DNA of 63,825 nt, the filler included, from Octopus bimaculoides (taxonomy: Eukaryota): the NCBI RefSeq assembly GCF_001194135.2. It is 8 parts of 6 records of this genome, joined end to end, with 100 filler letters (N's around TTAATTAATTAA, not from the genome) between each part and the next. Parts side by side here need not be neighbours in the genome. Positions count along the whole stretch, not along the records: positions 35,853 to 38,856 come from NC_068981.1; positions 38,957 to 40,726 come from NC_068983.1; positions 40,827 to 46,558 come from NC_068986.1; positions 46,659 to 57,693 come from NC_068998.1; 4 more parts are not named here. The stretch is one strand, 5' to 3'. This document shows positions 36,861 to 49,137 of the stretch, one piece after another; the first letter of the stretch is position 1, and every line of letters starts with the position of its first letter. The position numbers and the translations under genes were made by a program. Under the pieces are notes generated by a model. The model ran no database searches, was not told the origin of the DNA, and saw nothing but the letters and a program-made list of their open reading frames with translations.

Positions 36861-37370
36861 CCTCTTTACTTATTACTTTTTCATGACAATGTTATGAATA
36901 GAAAACATTTGTGGCCGAAATCATCTCAGCCTAGTTTGATACTCATTATTATTGATCCATCTTACAAGAGAATATAATTTAAAATTCCTAGAATATTAAT
37001 CTCGGCTTTCCATTTTCTTTATTCTTCTGTTAAACACTTCGATCGGTTCATTCTCCATTCATCTTCAGAATGTCCTATTTCTTTGTATAAACATATCCTT
37101 CGGCTACGTTTTCTCTCTAACTACGTTTATTTAGATATACAGAGCATGCATATTGCTATCGACTGAACTAGTTGCGTTGGAATATGGAATATGACAATAT
37201 TTACCAATATTGCGAAGACTATTTTCTATAACTTTTCAATTCACTTTAGTCTTATCGAGTAATAAACTATTTTCCTAGCTTTCAAAGTTTTATCATAAGA
37301 ATCAATTAGATTTCTTATTTTTCAGAAATAATAATCCGAACGTTATTTTTGATGATTGAATATATATATG

Positions 37371-37415
<45 letters not shown>

Positions 37416-37442
37416 GAAAATATACATTCGTGCACATACACA

Positions 37443-37497
<55 letters not shown>

Positions 37498-37529
37498 TTC
37501 CTTCTCTCCCCCTCTCTCTCTATATACAC

Positions 37530-37562
<33 letters not shown>
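37443..37562. repeat. (TATC)n and (TG)n
   Basis: Read directly from the sequence. Confidence 0.9.
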
Positions 37563-37563
<1 letters not shown>

Positions 37564-37567
<4 letters not shown>

Positions 37568-37690
37568 GCGTAGGTATGGCTGTGTAGTAAGAAGCTTGCT
37601 TCCCAATCACATGATTCCAGGTTCAGTCCCATTTAATGTGAAAAAATAAACATTACATCTGACGACGTAATTCGGATGTTAACGGGTTAA
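37564..37690 (+). mobile_element. SINE family B head fused to the right end of a TTAA MITE
   Basis: ggcgtaggtatggctgtgtagtaagaagc..caggttcagtccca, then aatgtgaaaaaataaacattacatctgac..cgggttaa, matching the 3' end of the MITE at 59723-59914. Confidence 0.65.
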
Positions 37691-38050
37691 AGGAGTCTTC
37701 TATGTGGCAAGCTTTGTTGGTTCAAATCTCTGGCGGAAGATATCTTTCTTTCAATTGTCTCACTGCTTCCTCCAACTGGCTAAGCCTCTCTCCTACTTAC
37801 ATCCAACCTCTGATATTCAGAAAGATCGATATTTCTACAAACGAATTATTTTGAAGAAAAAAAAAAGAAAAGAAAAAAACCTCTTAGATGCACTCTGCAT
37901 TAATGTTGTGCTCACACTAGTGGTTTTAAGACCAGTATTATGTGCTTTAAATCAACGTTAAATATTCGTATACATTTTTATATAGAATTAATCAATTCAC
38001 CTATTAACAAATCCTCTCCATTAGATAACTGATTCTAGATAACTACACAG

Positions 38051-38150
38051 ATTTAGTTATACTATCGAAATGAAAGAGTATCTAACTGCACTAAAGTTAA
38101 TGAGGCCTAACAAAGTTGAAATCGTGTTGCCTCAGTTGTCAGACACTCAG
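38051..38150 (+). CDS. Candidate penultimate exon (FSYTIEMKEYLTALKLMRPNKVEIVLPQLSDTQ)
   Basis: Open frame ending CAG|GTTCGT in phase 0, compatible with the terminal exon at 48929. Acceptor cacag (38050) or ttag (38056). Confidence 0.45.
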
Positions 38151-38204
38151 GTTCGTTTTAGAAGTTATATCCTAGAGATTGAAAATAATGATTATTTCTA
38201 ATTT

Positions 38205-38580
38205 AGGTACAAGGCCAGTAATTTTGTGGGAAGGAAGTCTGGCGAAACCATCGATTTGAATAGTGTTTTATTTTATAGATACCAGAGGGATGAAAGACAA
38301 AGTCGAGTCTGGCAGAATTTGAAATCAGAACGTAAAGAGTCGCAACAAACACGGAAAACTATGTTGTCCGACGCTCTAACGGTTCTGCCAATCCACCGCC
38401 GTATAGAAAGAGAAATATCGGTTTCAAATTTTGGCACTCTCAATGTTCAACTGGTACTTATTTTGTTGACCATGGAAGGATGAAAGGCAAAGTCGACCTC
38501 GGCGGAATTTGAACTCAGAACGGACAAAATATCGCTAAGCATTTTGACCAGCGTGCTAACGATCCTGTCAGCTCGTTGAC
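38205..38580 (-). mobile_element. Two family A SINEs
   Basis: gatgaaaggcaaagtcgacctcggcggaatttgaactcagaacg (38479-38521) and an older copy at 38205-38400. Confidence 0.85.
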
Positions 38581-38734
38581 TTAGAAAAAGCAATATTAAT
38601 CATAAATTAAAATCTTTGATTTGGACTACTGTGAAAATAAAGTGTGTGCTTGGGTTTTACCAGAGGTTATGCCGTCTTTTGAATTACTTTCAGTATAATC
38701 TTCGTATTTTTAATCTTAATGTGAATATAGACGT

Positions 38735-38855
38735 CGAGTCGTGGCACTCCATCGGTTACGACGATGAGGGTTTCAGTTGATCCGAACAACGGAACAGCCT
38801 GCTAGTGAAATTAACGTGCAAGTGGCTGAGCACTCCACAGACACATGTACCCTTA
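38735..38855 (+). mobile_element. Another short interspersed repeat (family E), truncated by a gap
   Basis: ggcactccatcggttacgacgatgagggtttcagttgatccg..gaaattaacgtgcaagtggctgagcactccacagacacatgtaccc. Recalled as a common octopus repeat; single copy here. Confidence 0.5.
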
Positions 38856-38956
38856 ANNNNNNNNNNNNNNNNNNNNNNNNNNNNNNNNNNNNNNNNNNNN
38901 TTAATTAATTAANNNNNNNNNNNNNNNNNNNNNNNNNNNNNNNNNNNNNNNNNNNN

Positions 38957-39641
38957 ATAACCTGTTTCCCTACAATCTACAAAGCCTTTACTGCAATAAT
39001 ATCGCAGAGATTGGGTAAGCACCTGGAAGAAAACAACCGGTTTCCAGAAGAGCAGAAGGGATGCTGCAAGGGCTCATACGGCTGTAAAGATCAATTAATG
39101 ATCAATAAAGTCATAACTGAAGACAGCCGCAGAAAGAAGAAAGGCCTCAGTATGGCCTGGATCGACTATCGAACGGCTTTTGATAGTGTTCCCCATATGT
39201 GGATCCTCGAAACACTAGCCATAAACAAGGTAGCACCAATAATTATAAAAGACACTCTATGAATAAATAGCAGACAGTGCTACAGCTCCAAACAAAAGAG
39301 GGACTCGTGAGAACCAAAGCCATCCCCATTAGAAGAGGAATATTCCAGGGAGATACGCCATCTCCACTCCTGTTCTGCTTATCACTCACACCTTTAACTG
39401 ACTTACTGAACAGAACTGGATGCAGATGCAAATGTTACGGCAAAACAATCAGCCACCTTCTATATATGGATGACCTAAAACTATACGCTTCAAATGATGA
39501 ACAGCTGGAAACACTACTGCAGACAGTGCATGGATTTACCAAAGAAGTAAATATGAAATTTGGCTTAGAAAAATGTGCCAAAGCAACCCTAAAAAGAGGA
39601 AAACTAGTTAAGAGTAGCATCATCACACTAGATAAAGCCAA
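38957..39641 (+). mobile_element. R4/Dong-type reverse transcriptase, frameshifted
   Basis: EEQKGC..GCKDQLMINK..WIDYRTAFDSVPH..RRGIFQGDTPSPLLFC..HLLYMDDLKLYA (YMDD 39463-39474)..MKFGLEKCA. Confidence 0.95.
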
Positions 39642-39651
39642 NNNNNNNNNN

Positions 39652-40726
39652 ATGATACTATAAAAATGAGAATAATCAAAGAACTGAAAACCACAGATCT
39701 CTGAATGGACCACCGATTATACCTCCTAAACATCAAAATAGACAATAAAACAACATCAATAATAAATAGCATAAACCTGGCCGTCACGGAACTAACAGCC
39801 ACAGAAACAAACGGCAATATCACTGAGCTAAATGACTTAATATATGCAGCAGCCACTGCAACCACAAAAGAAGCAGGATACTCCCTCAAACCCATCCAAA
39901 CAGGAGTTCCACCACCCAAACAAAGCGTGTGGATAAATAATATCCAAAACAAAATTTTAAAAAAGGAGAGAAGATCTATCGATTCTCAACGAAATTAGTA
40001 GACAATCAACACAACTAAGTAACAAGAGGAAAACAAAAATACTGTACAAATGCAACATTACAGACAAATATTTAGCTGAGGCAAAAGAAAAGCTAAAGCA
40101 AGATATCCTTACTAAAGCACAAAGGATCCGGCGGTATGAGAAACGCCTACGTTTCTTTGAACTAAACAAACAGTTCAACTCCAACCCCAAAAATTTATAC
40201 CAAGAACTTGGCAAAAATAAAATAGACATTACTGCAGCACCAACAGCAGAAGTGGAAGAATTTTGGAAAGAAATATGGTCGGTGAAGGAACAACCTCAGA
40301 AAAGGACTATTAAAACAACGAACTTAGCACCTGAGCAACTCTGGACCCCTATAACAACTGAAGTCACCCAAGCACTGCAAAGACTAAGCAACTGGAAGGC
40401 ACCTGGGCACAAGATCCCCAACTTCTGGTTAAAATATCTGACAGGAATGCACAAAAAGCTGGCTGAAAACTTTAACGACATACTAGCAGAGCCAGAGACA
40501 ATGCCTGAATGGCTCACGAAAGGGAAAAACCATCCTAATTCCCAAATCCACGGAAACGGCAAAACCACAAAACTACAAGCCTATAACCTGTTTCCCTACA
40601 ATCTACAAAGCCTTTACTGCAATAATATCGCAGAGATTGGGTAAGCACCTGGAAGAAAACAACCGGTTTCCAGAAGAGCAGAAGGGATGCTGCAAGGGCT
40701 CATACGGCTGTAAAGATCAATTAATG
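39652..40726 (+). mobile_element. R4/Dong-type ORF N-terminal part leading into the RT
   Basis: ELNDLIYAAA..RIRRYEKR..FWKEIWS..NWKAPG..NFWLKYL..PEWLTKG..ILIPK..YKPITCFPTIYKAFT..EEQKGC..CKDQLM. Confidence 0.9.
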
Positions 40727-40826
40727 NNNNNNNNNNNNNNNNNNNNNNNNNNNNNNNNNNNNNNNNNNNNTTAATTAATTAANNNNNNNNNNNNNNNNNN
40801 NNNNNNNNNNNNNNNNNNNNNNNNNN

Positions 40827-40866
<40 letters not shown>

Positions 40867-40931
40867 GTGCATGTATGTATATACACGCGCATGCAGACGT
40901 GCATATGTAATCATATTGATATGTGATATGA

Positions 40932-41162
40932 AGGCGGCTAGTTGGCAGAAACGTTAGCACACTAGGAGAAAGGCTTAGCGGTATTTCGTCTGTCTTTACG
41001 TTCTGAGTTCAAATTCCGCCGAGGTCGACTTTGCCTTTCATCCTTTCGGAGTCGATAAATTAAGTACCAGTTACGCACTGGGGTCGATGTAATCGACTTA
41101 ATCCCTTTGTCTGTCCTTGTTTGTCCCTTCTATGTTTAGCCCCTTGTGGGTAATAAAGAAAT
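40932..41162 (+). mobile_element. SINE family A, long-tail subtype, well preserved
   Basis: Full head, body and tail, ending agccccttgtgggtaataaagaaat. Confidence 0.92.
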
Positions 41163-41470
41163 AATCATTAATATGTCATAAATTCAAGTAATTGCCATAA
41201 GATATAATTGAGAAAGTTTGCCGACGCTCAAATTTCCTATTTGTGATTAAGCTACATTGTTTATGTTTGACAGATGATGCTCTCTATAAACGAAATGACT
41301 CCGCGACAATTACGATCACCAAGTGATTGCGTGCAAGACTGTTTCGCCGTTCTTCACGCATTGTCTTGCCTGTAGGGTTTATCTTACCCGAGCCAGCCAT
41401 GTCTCATACACTCTAAACCACAAGCACTATTAGGAAAAGATTTTTCGGAAATTGTTCAATAGATTTCCGA

Positions 41471-41500
41471 CCGGAAGTCCTCCGGAAGTCCTCCGGAAAA
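41471..41500 (+). promoter_or_regulatory. Tandem ETS-type sites (CCGGAAGT x2 plus CCGGAAAA, 11-bp period)
   Basis: ccggaagtcctccggaagtcctccggaaaa; function unproven. Confidence 0.35.
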
Positions 41501-41698
41501 GGTTGCTAGGTACAGTTTCATCGACGCGTAGAACTGGCGTTCGTCCCTCATATTCAATTCAAATTATAGAATTATAGTGCGAATAAAATCATATCATATA
41601 TCTTGTCATATCATATCATGTGCTACATTGTATTATATTTAGTGGTGATTATAAATCAGACACAGAACCAGCAATTTTGAAGGAAGGTATTTGTCAAG

Positions 41699-41890
41699 GG
41701 CGGTGAGCAGGCAGAATCGTGAGCGCGTCGGGTGCAATTTATTCCGGCTCATTATGCTTTGAGTTCAATTCTCGCAGTGGTCAACCAAACCTTTAATCAT
41801 TGTGAGGTCAATAAAATAAAGTACTAATAAATTACAAGGTGGACTTAACCAACTAATCAACTAACTTTATATCCGAAATTTGTCATCTTG
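41699..41890 (+). mobile_element. Old family A SINE
   Basis: ggcggtgagcaggcagaatcgtgagcgcg..tgagttcaattctcgc..gaggtcaataaaataaagtact. Confidence 0.7.
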
Positions 41891-41943
41891 CATATCTTAC
41901 CTCTGCTAGAAATCATAATTTATTATATATATATATATATATA

Positions 41944-42317
41944 TTGAATAAAATGAGACGAGAAATCCAAGGCGGTGTGAAAATTCTAGGACATTTATAA
42001 AGAGAGAGTTAGTTTTGCAGAGATATAAAGGATATCCTATCATCAGAGACGATACGAGAGAGTTAAACAGAAGAAAATAGTAGAAAATATATTTTTATTT
42101 TTATTCACATATTTTCCTTTATACTTCCTATATCGCCTCCTTTCCAAAATAACTTCTTATACTGAGCTCTATTATTTCCTTCTGTTTAACTCTCTCATAG
42201 CGTCTATGATGATGAGATATCTTTTATACCCCGAAAACAGCTGTAATACTACGTTTCTCTTTATAACCGCCCTAGAATTTTCACACTGCCTTGGCTTTGT
42301 TGTCTCATTTTATTCAA
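41944..42317. mobile_element. Fold-back element with ~145-155-bp inverted arms carrying hammerhead remnants
   Basis: ttgaataaaatgagac..ccaaggcggtgtgaaaattctagg..gagagagttaaacagaag is mirrored at 42172-42317. Right arm atgatga..ccccGAAAacagctgta; left arm (minus) ctctgatgatagg. Confidence 0.8.
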
Positions 42318-42438
42318 CATATACACGTTCACACGCGACTCGCGTTAGACTCCTCGCTCATACTATTATCGAACAGGGAGTCTAACAGCAGCCTTTACAT
42401 AGCCTTACCTACATTTTGGGTCCTCTTGATACCAAAAC

Positions 42439-42474
<36 letters not shown>

Positions 42475-43202
42475 NNNNNNNNNNNNNNNNNNNNNNNNNN
42501 NNNNNNNNNNNNNNNNNNNNNNNNNNNNNNNNNNNNNNNNNNNNNNNNNNNNNNNNNNNNNNNNNNNNNNNNNNNNNNNNNNNNNNNNNNNNNNNNNNNN
42601 NNNNNNNNNNNNNNNNNNNNNNNNNNNNNNNNNNNNNNNNNNNNNNNNNNNNNNNNNACATATAATTCCTTTACTGGAGCAAATTTGGGATCTTTTCCGT
42701 TTGGCGGCCAGCATCAATTTCTGTTCAAATTGATTTCATATTCACTTTTGCAGGCTTATGAATGACATGAAAATCATTTTCGCTATTAATCAATAAATAA
42801 AGAGTTATTACAAATTAAAGTTTGAAAATTTTGAGTAATTTTAGCCAGTCGTAAGCCACAGATACATTCTTGCGTTTCCATAATAACAAGCGGAACACGA
42901 GAACTCTTTTGTCAGCAGGAAAGCACGTGTTGACAAATATATTGAAACCACTTGCTTTACCTATCTGTTGACAATTGAGCATGTGAATTTATGTGGCGCA
43001 GGAGATATGAAAATTGTGATTTGTTTGAGAAATTGATTGAATGCAATTCTAACTTTCGGATTCAAGAAATTACATTTATACGATACATTAAAGTTTCTTG
43101 TTAAAGATAAATTGTGAACAGTGACGAAAACCACAAAAATCCATCTGCTCAATTAGGTCTGACCAATAGATAAACAACCGTAGCAGCAGCAGCAACAGCA
43201 CC

Positions 43203-43234
<32 letters not shown>

Positions 43235-43962
43235 CAACAATTCTTAATTATCTCACTTTAGACAAAGAAATGTTTTCAAAACGAGATTCGAGTGAAATAA
43301 CGAACAACAACAATGTGAGGAATAGTATTAGTAGTAGTAGTAGTAGTCGTGATAAGTGTTGATGGTGGTGGAAAGTGGTGAAGTGGACGAGGTAGTAACA
43401 ATTCTTTCTCCTTAGAACAAGTAAGTTTCTTGTGTGCTGCAGGTGTCAACGGTTTAAGTGTGAGGTATGAGGGTAATTTAATGACTTGTATGGGTTGAAA
43501 TAATAGGTGGAGGGGTTAAAACCATCAACTTAGCCAAAGTAGTTAGTCTCTTCTTCGTTGCTTACTAAGACATTGGTAATTGATGTCGCTTACGTACTTC
43601 ATCCGTTATGTGGTGACGTTGTGATGTGTAGGTGTGTATACACAATATATGTAGTAATGTGAGAACCAAGTTTTACGTATAATCTAGACCTTCCCTCTGC
43701 TGCCTTCATGTAAAGCTAACGAATAAGAATATAATATGGTCTTTCGATCTGTTAGAAATAGCATCCAAATCCTTCCCTCAAATCATACTGTAACATCTAT
43801 CTTATTAACAAAAAAAGGAAGGACACATTGAGTAATGTAGTCCACGATAAAATGTTCTTGAAAGCAAGACGGGGTGATGATGGCTGGGAAACCTTCAGAT
43901 TAGACTAAAGACCAAATAGCAGTGGCAACAACGAATTTATTCCTTAATATATAGCGATGGGA

Positions 43963-44302
43963 AGGCGGCGAGCTGGCAGAAATGTTAGCACGCCGGGCGA
44001 AATGCTTAGCGGTATTTCGTCTGCCGCTACGTTCTGAGTTCAAATTCCACTGAGATCGACTTTGCCTTTCATCCTTTCGGGGTCGATAAATTAAGTACTA
44101 GTGACGCACTGGGGTCGCTGTAATCGACTTAATCTCTTTGTCCGTCCTTGTTTGTCCCTTCTATGTTTTGCCCCTTCTGGGCAATAAAGAAATAAGAAAG
44201 GTTAGCACGCTGGGAGAAAAGCTTAGCGGTATTTCGTCTGTCTTTATGTTCTGAGTTCAAATTCCGCCGAGGACGACTTTGCCTTTCATCCTTTCGGGGT
44301 CG
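43963..44302 (+). mobile_element. Head-to-tail tandem family A SINEs
   Basis: A full copy to ~44197 is immediately followed by gttagcacgctgggagaaaagcttagcgg.., which runs into a gap. Confidence 0.9.
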
Positions 44303-44645
44303 NNNNNNNNNNNNNNNNNNNNNNNNNNNNNNNNNNNNNNNNNNNNNNNNNNNNNNNNNNNNNNNNNNNNNNNNNNNNNNNNNNNNNNNNNNNNNNNNNN
44401 NNNNNNNNNNNNNNNNNNNNNNNNNNNNNNNNNNNNNNNNNNNNNNNNNNNNNNNNNNNNNNNNNNNNNNNNNNNNNNNNNNNNNNNNNNNNNNNNNNNN
44501 NNNNNNNNNNNNNNNNNNNNNNNNNNNNNNNNNNNNNNNNNNNNNNNNNNNNNNNNNNNNNNNNNNNNNNNNNNNNNNNNNNNNNNNNNNNNNNNNNNNN
44601 NNNNNNNNNNNNNNNNNNNNNNNNNNNNNNNNNNNNNNNNNNNNN

Positions 44646-44718
<73 letters not shown>

Positions 44719-44762
44719 GCTGTTGTTGTTGCTGTTGTTGTTGTTGTTGTTGTTGTTGTTTG
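44646..44762. repeat. (TTG)n
   Basis: Read directly from the sequence. Confidence 0.95.
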
Positions 44763-46269
44763 TACATCAATCAAATAAGATAAATCCAATAAAGGAAAAA
44801 CGACGTTTCAAATCAGTCCAGGAATGTTCTACGCCCGTTAGTTCTGGCGAACAAGTCTTTCAGGGGCGTGTTGAAAACTTTATCATTGCCCCTATAAAAG
44901 TTATATATATATATAGTTGTTTATATTGCCATCCTTTCATTTTCAGTTATGTTTGGAGTATGAAGTGGTAAAGCGGCTTTCTGAGTATCTAGATGTTTAT
45001 TAAAGAGATTTTCAGAAAGACTTATATGGACGTCTGATTTACTCTTATCGATGATATACTAATGATTTATAAAGACACTGCTGGCAGGAGGGAGACGGAC
45101 GTTAGGTTTGTTACAATCACATATAGAAGAGGTTTAGTTTTTGCGCTAGAAGCAGTGAAGTTTATAATGCAATATTTAACACTAGCTAATGATATTGATG
45201 AGCTATAAGGAAATCTTTATCTACAAAGATAGGGAAAATCCTGGCAACAATTGAACGAATATTTAAACAATAAGCAGGATTACATCATATAATATTTCTT
45301 ATTTTTGCATTTATTAATACTTGTGTTGTTCTATATATGAAACGTGAGTTTTAAGGGTTCCTCAAAACCCATACACTCACACAACCACCACACACACTCA
45401 TACATGTAGGACGGGTTTTTGCACAATTTCCACTTACAAAATTTACTGACAAGGCACCGCACAACCCGAAACAATATTAGAAAACAATTGCTTAAGGTGA
45501 TGTATTGTAGGATTGAATTCCAAAAGGCCTGTTTCTGACCAAACTTCTTATTCTCTCAGCTATGCTGACAACTGTATGCAGAATACTCTCTTACAAAATC
45601 TCCCCACCCCCACTCGTTGGCCATTTGTGAGTGTATATGTATGTACATATGTATGTATATAGGTGTGTGCGTTTGGGGGAACCATTTTCTTATCTGTCTC
45701 TCTCCATCTCTGTTTATGTAGGGGTGTGTGTGGGCGGATGTATGCCTACTTGTAGGTACGTTCGTATATATGTACGTATGTATGTACGTATGTGTGCATG
45801 TTTTGTTTGTATGTATACATGTATCTATGTTTTGTATGTATGTATGCATATATGTATGCATTATTTTTTGTATATGTATGTATGTATGAATGAACGTATG
45901 GCATGCGTCTGTCGTCGAGCGAGTGTTAACTGATTAAACTGGAAGTGCTTAACTAGATGAACGTACAGATAGAAAGAACGTATGCACTAGACCGAACAAC
46001 TTCCTTAACGACATTCCACTTAACAGCAACACCCCCTACCGCCAACACTGAGATGTACATTCCAAGAATCTCCTTCATTTCCTCAATTTCCATAAACACA
46101 CACACACACACACACACATAAAAACATACATACATATATGTATATATAAAGGTGTGGTCATTATTTATCAAATTAATACTTTTATTCTATATTTATGCAT
46201 TGCAGGCTCTGCCTCAGTTGTAGTTTTCCATTGTTTTACTACATGAAATAAAAAATATATATATACATT

Positions 46270-46558
46270 AGCATACCAACCACATGGTTCCGGGTTCAGT
46301 CCCACTGCGTGGCACCTTGGGCAAGTGTCTTCTACTATAGCCTCGGGCCGACCAAAGCCTTGTGAGTGGATTTGGTAGACGGAAACTGAAGGAATCCCGT
46401 CGTATATATGTATATATATGTATGTATGTATGTGCATATGTTTGTGTGTCTGTTTGTCCCCCCAACATCGCTTGACAACCGATGCTGGTGTGTTTACCTC
46501 CCCGTAACTTAGCGGTTCGGTAAAAGACAGCAATAGAATAAGTACTAGGCTTACAAAG
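46270..46558 (+). mobile_element. SINE family B, 5'-truncated
   Basis: accaaccacatggttccgggttcagtcccactgcgtggcaccttgggcaagtgtc..(TA/TG)..cccgtaacttagcggttcgg. Confidence 0.92.
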
Positions 46559-46726
46559 NNNNNNNNNNNNNNNNNNNNNNNNNNNNNNNNNNNNNNNNNN
46601 NNTTAATTAATTAANNNNNNNNNNNNNNNNNNNNNNNNNNNNNNNNNNNNNNNNNNNNATGTCTGTACAACCTACATATATATAATTATATAAGTGTGTA
46701 CATACTCATACACACACAAATATAGA

Positions 46727-46730
46727 GAGG

Positions 46731-46811
<81 letters not shown>

Positions 46812-47217
46812 GTAGGTAGGTAGTTAGAGAGAGAGATATACATGCAAATGTATAAACAGCTTTTTTTTTAAGTGTGCATTTTTCACGTACATATATATTT
46901 ATATTTGTGTGTGTGTGTCTCCCTAGAATATATGCATACATACACACACACAAACGCACACAAACATATATACACACTCNNNNNNNNNNNNNNNNNNNNN
47001 NNNNNNNNNNNNNNNNNNNNNNNNNNNNNNNNNNNNNNNNNNNNNNNNNNNNNNNNNNNNNNNNNNNNNNNNNNNNNNNCTATCTCTCTTTCTTTCTTTC
47101 TTCTTTCTTTCTTTCTTCTTTCTTTCTTCCTTTCTTTCTTCCTTTCTTCCTTTCTTTCTTTTCTGTATTTCTTTCTTGTTTCCTTCCTTCTTTTCTTCCT
47201 GTCTTTTCTGTCTCTCC

Positions 47218-47252
<35 letters not shown>

Positions 47253-47334
47253 TTTGTCTTTCGTTTTCTGTCACTACCTTTCTTTTTTCTTTTTCCGCGT
47301 TCCCTCCCTCCTCTATTCCTTCCTTCCTTCCTCT

Positions 47335-47366
<32 letters not shown>

Positions 47367-47612
47367 TTCCTTCCTTCCTTCCTNNNNNNNNNNCTTTCTT
47401 TCTTTCTTTCTTTCTTCCTTCCTTCCTTCCTTCCTTTCTTTCTCTCTGTCTTTTCTGTATTCCTTTCTTGTTTTCTTCCTTCCTTCTTTTCTTTCACTCC
47501 CTTTCTTTCTTTTTGTCCTTTTTCTCTCTTTCCTTCCTTCTTTCTTTCTTTNNNNNNNNNNTTCTTTCTTTTTGTCCTTTTTCTCTCTTTCCTTCCTTCT
47601 TTCTTTCTTTCT
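46727..47612. repeat. (GATA)n and a long (CTTT/CCTT)n purine-pyrimidine tract
   Basis: GATA at 46727-46820; pyrimidine tract at 47080-47612. Confidence 0.93.
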
Positions 47613-48073
47613 TTTAAATTTATTCTTGTTCTTGCTGTTGATGTCTTCATCATAGTTGTTTCAGTTATTCATTTCTCTCTTACTTTTGCTGCTTCCTTTC
47701 ACTTCACCTTTTCGTAGTTTCTTTGTAAACAAAATGAAGAAAATGTTCGTTATACTTTTGGATTTCACATTTTTCTTAAGTTTTTAAGGCTTACTTTTAT
47801 GCATTTATTTATTTATTTATCTATTTATTTATTTGTATATTTATTTTGCAGAAGATTGTTCCATCAGGAATTCAATTGTTGTTTAATATTGTTGTGAATT
47901 AAAATGTTNNNNNNNNNNTCCATCAGGAATTCAATTGTTGTTTAATATTGTTGTGAATTAAAATGTTCCGCCCTCCTTCCACTTGTTTCAGAAGTCAAAA
48001 TAAATATAGTATTAATGAAATAATAATAATAATAATGATAATAATAATAATAATAATAATAATNNNNNNNNNN

Positions 48074-48114
<41 letters not shown>

Positions 48115-48124
48115 TATTAATGAC

Positions 48125-48327
48125 ATATAAATGCATAACCAAAATACCAGGACTTACGAATATATATAGCGTACTACAAATAGCATGCTAGGCACCGCAT
48201 ACATCCTACTAAAGCGCTTTCAATGCAGTAAAAATAATAACGCCAAAACAAACCACTGCACATACCGAAGCACCACAGAGCTGCACTCGGTAATGCAATG
48301 AAAGGCTGTGATAAAAATCGAACTACC

Positions 48328-48330
<3 letters not shown>
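48125..48330 (+). mobile_element. R4/Dong 3' end, diverged copy embedded in (AAT)n
   Basis: ataaccaaaataccaggacttac..cacagagctgcactcggt aligns with 36040-36240. (AAT)n lies on both sides (48020-48113; 48330-48370). Confidence 0.85.
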
Positions 48331-48370
<40 letters not shown>

Positions 48371-48928
48371 NNNNNNNNNNNNNNNNNNNNNNNNNNNNNN
48401 NNNNNNNNNNNNNNNNNNNNNNNNNNNNNNNNNNNNNNNNNNNNNNNNNNNNNNNNNNNNNNNNNNNNNNNNNNNNNNNNNNNNNNNNNNNNNNNNNNNN
48501 NNNNNNNNNNNNNNNNNNNNNNNNNNNNNNNNNNNNNNNNNNNNNNNNNNNNNNNNNNNNNNNNNNNNNNNNNNNNNNNNNNNNNNNNNNNNNNNNNNNN
48601 NNNNNNNNNNNNNNNNNNNNNNNNNNNNNNNNNNNNNNNNNNNNNNNNNNNNNNNNNNNNNNNNNNNNNNNNNNNNNNNNNNNNNNNNNNNNNNNNNNNN
48701 NNNNNNNNNNNNNNNNNNNNNNNNNNNNNNNNNNNNNNNNNNNNNNNNNNNNNNNNNNNNNNNNNNNNNNNNNNNNNNATATATATATATATATGTATAC
48801 ACGCTTATGTATTCGTGTGACATAGAGAGAGTGAAAGAAGGAGAGAGAGGAGAAAGAAGGGAGGAGAGAAATAGGTACAGAGTTCGTGAAGATCATAATG
48901 TTTAATGTCTTCTTTTCTGTCATTGCAG

Positions 48929-49137
48929 GTTACATCCGATCCACGCTTTCGTTTGGAAGAGAAGCTGCGAGATGCCGGNNNNNNNNNNTTACATCCGATC
49001 CACGCTTTCGTTTGGAAGAGAAGCTGCGAGATGCCGGACTTTTGACATCCGAGTACGCACGGACCGCACTGAAGAGCATGGCTCCGTCACAGGCACCGCG
49101 TCCTGACATGCTCTCAACACTGAATACACTGGATTAA
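48929..49137 (+). CDS. Terminal exon of an unidentified host gene: VTSDPRFRLEEKLRDAGLLTSEYARTALKSMAPSQAPRPDMLSTLNTLD*
   Basis: Strong acceptor tcttcttttctgtcattgcag; GC/CpG-rich and protein-like. 150 nt once the 59-nt artefact around the 10-N gap is removed; ends in TAA. Confidence 0.7.

Noticed and set aside
44129-44971. Poly-Q, poly-T and poly-L ORFs
   Set aside because: (TTG)n plus a gap plus SINE sequence.
46872-47717. K/E/R-rich 256-aa ORF and F/L/S-rich membrane-like ORFs
   Set aside because: (CTTT/CCTT)n tract read in different frames.
48929-49037. Tandem exon duplication
   Set aside because: An identical 49-nt overlap around a 10-N gap, the same pattern as other gaps: assembly artefact.
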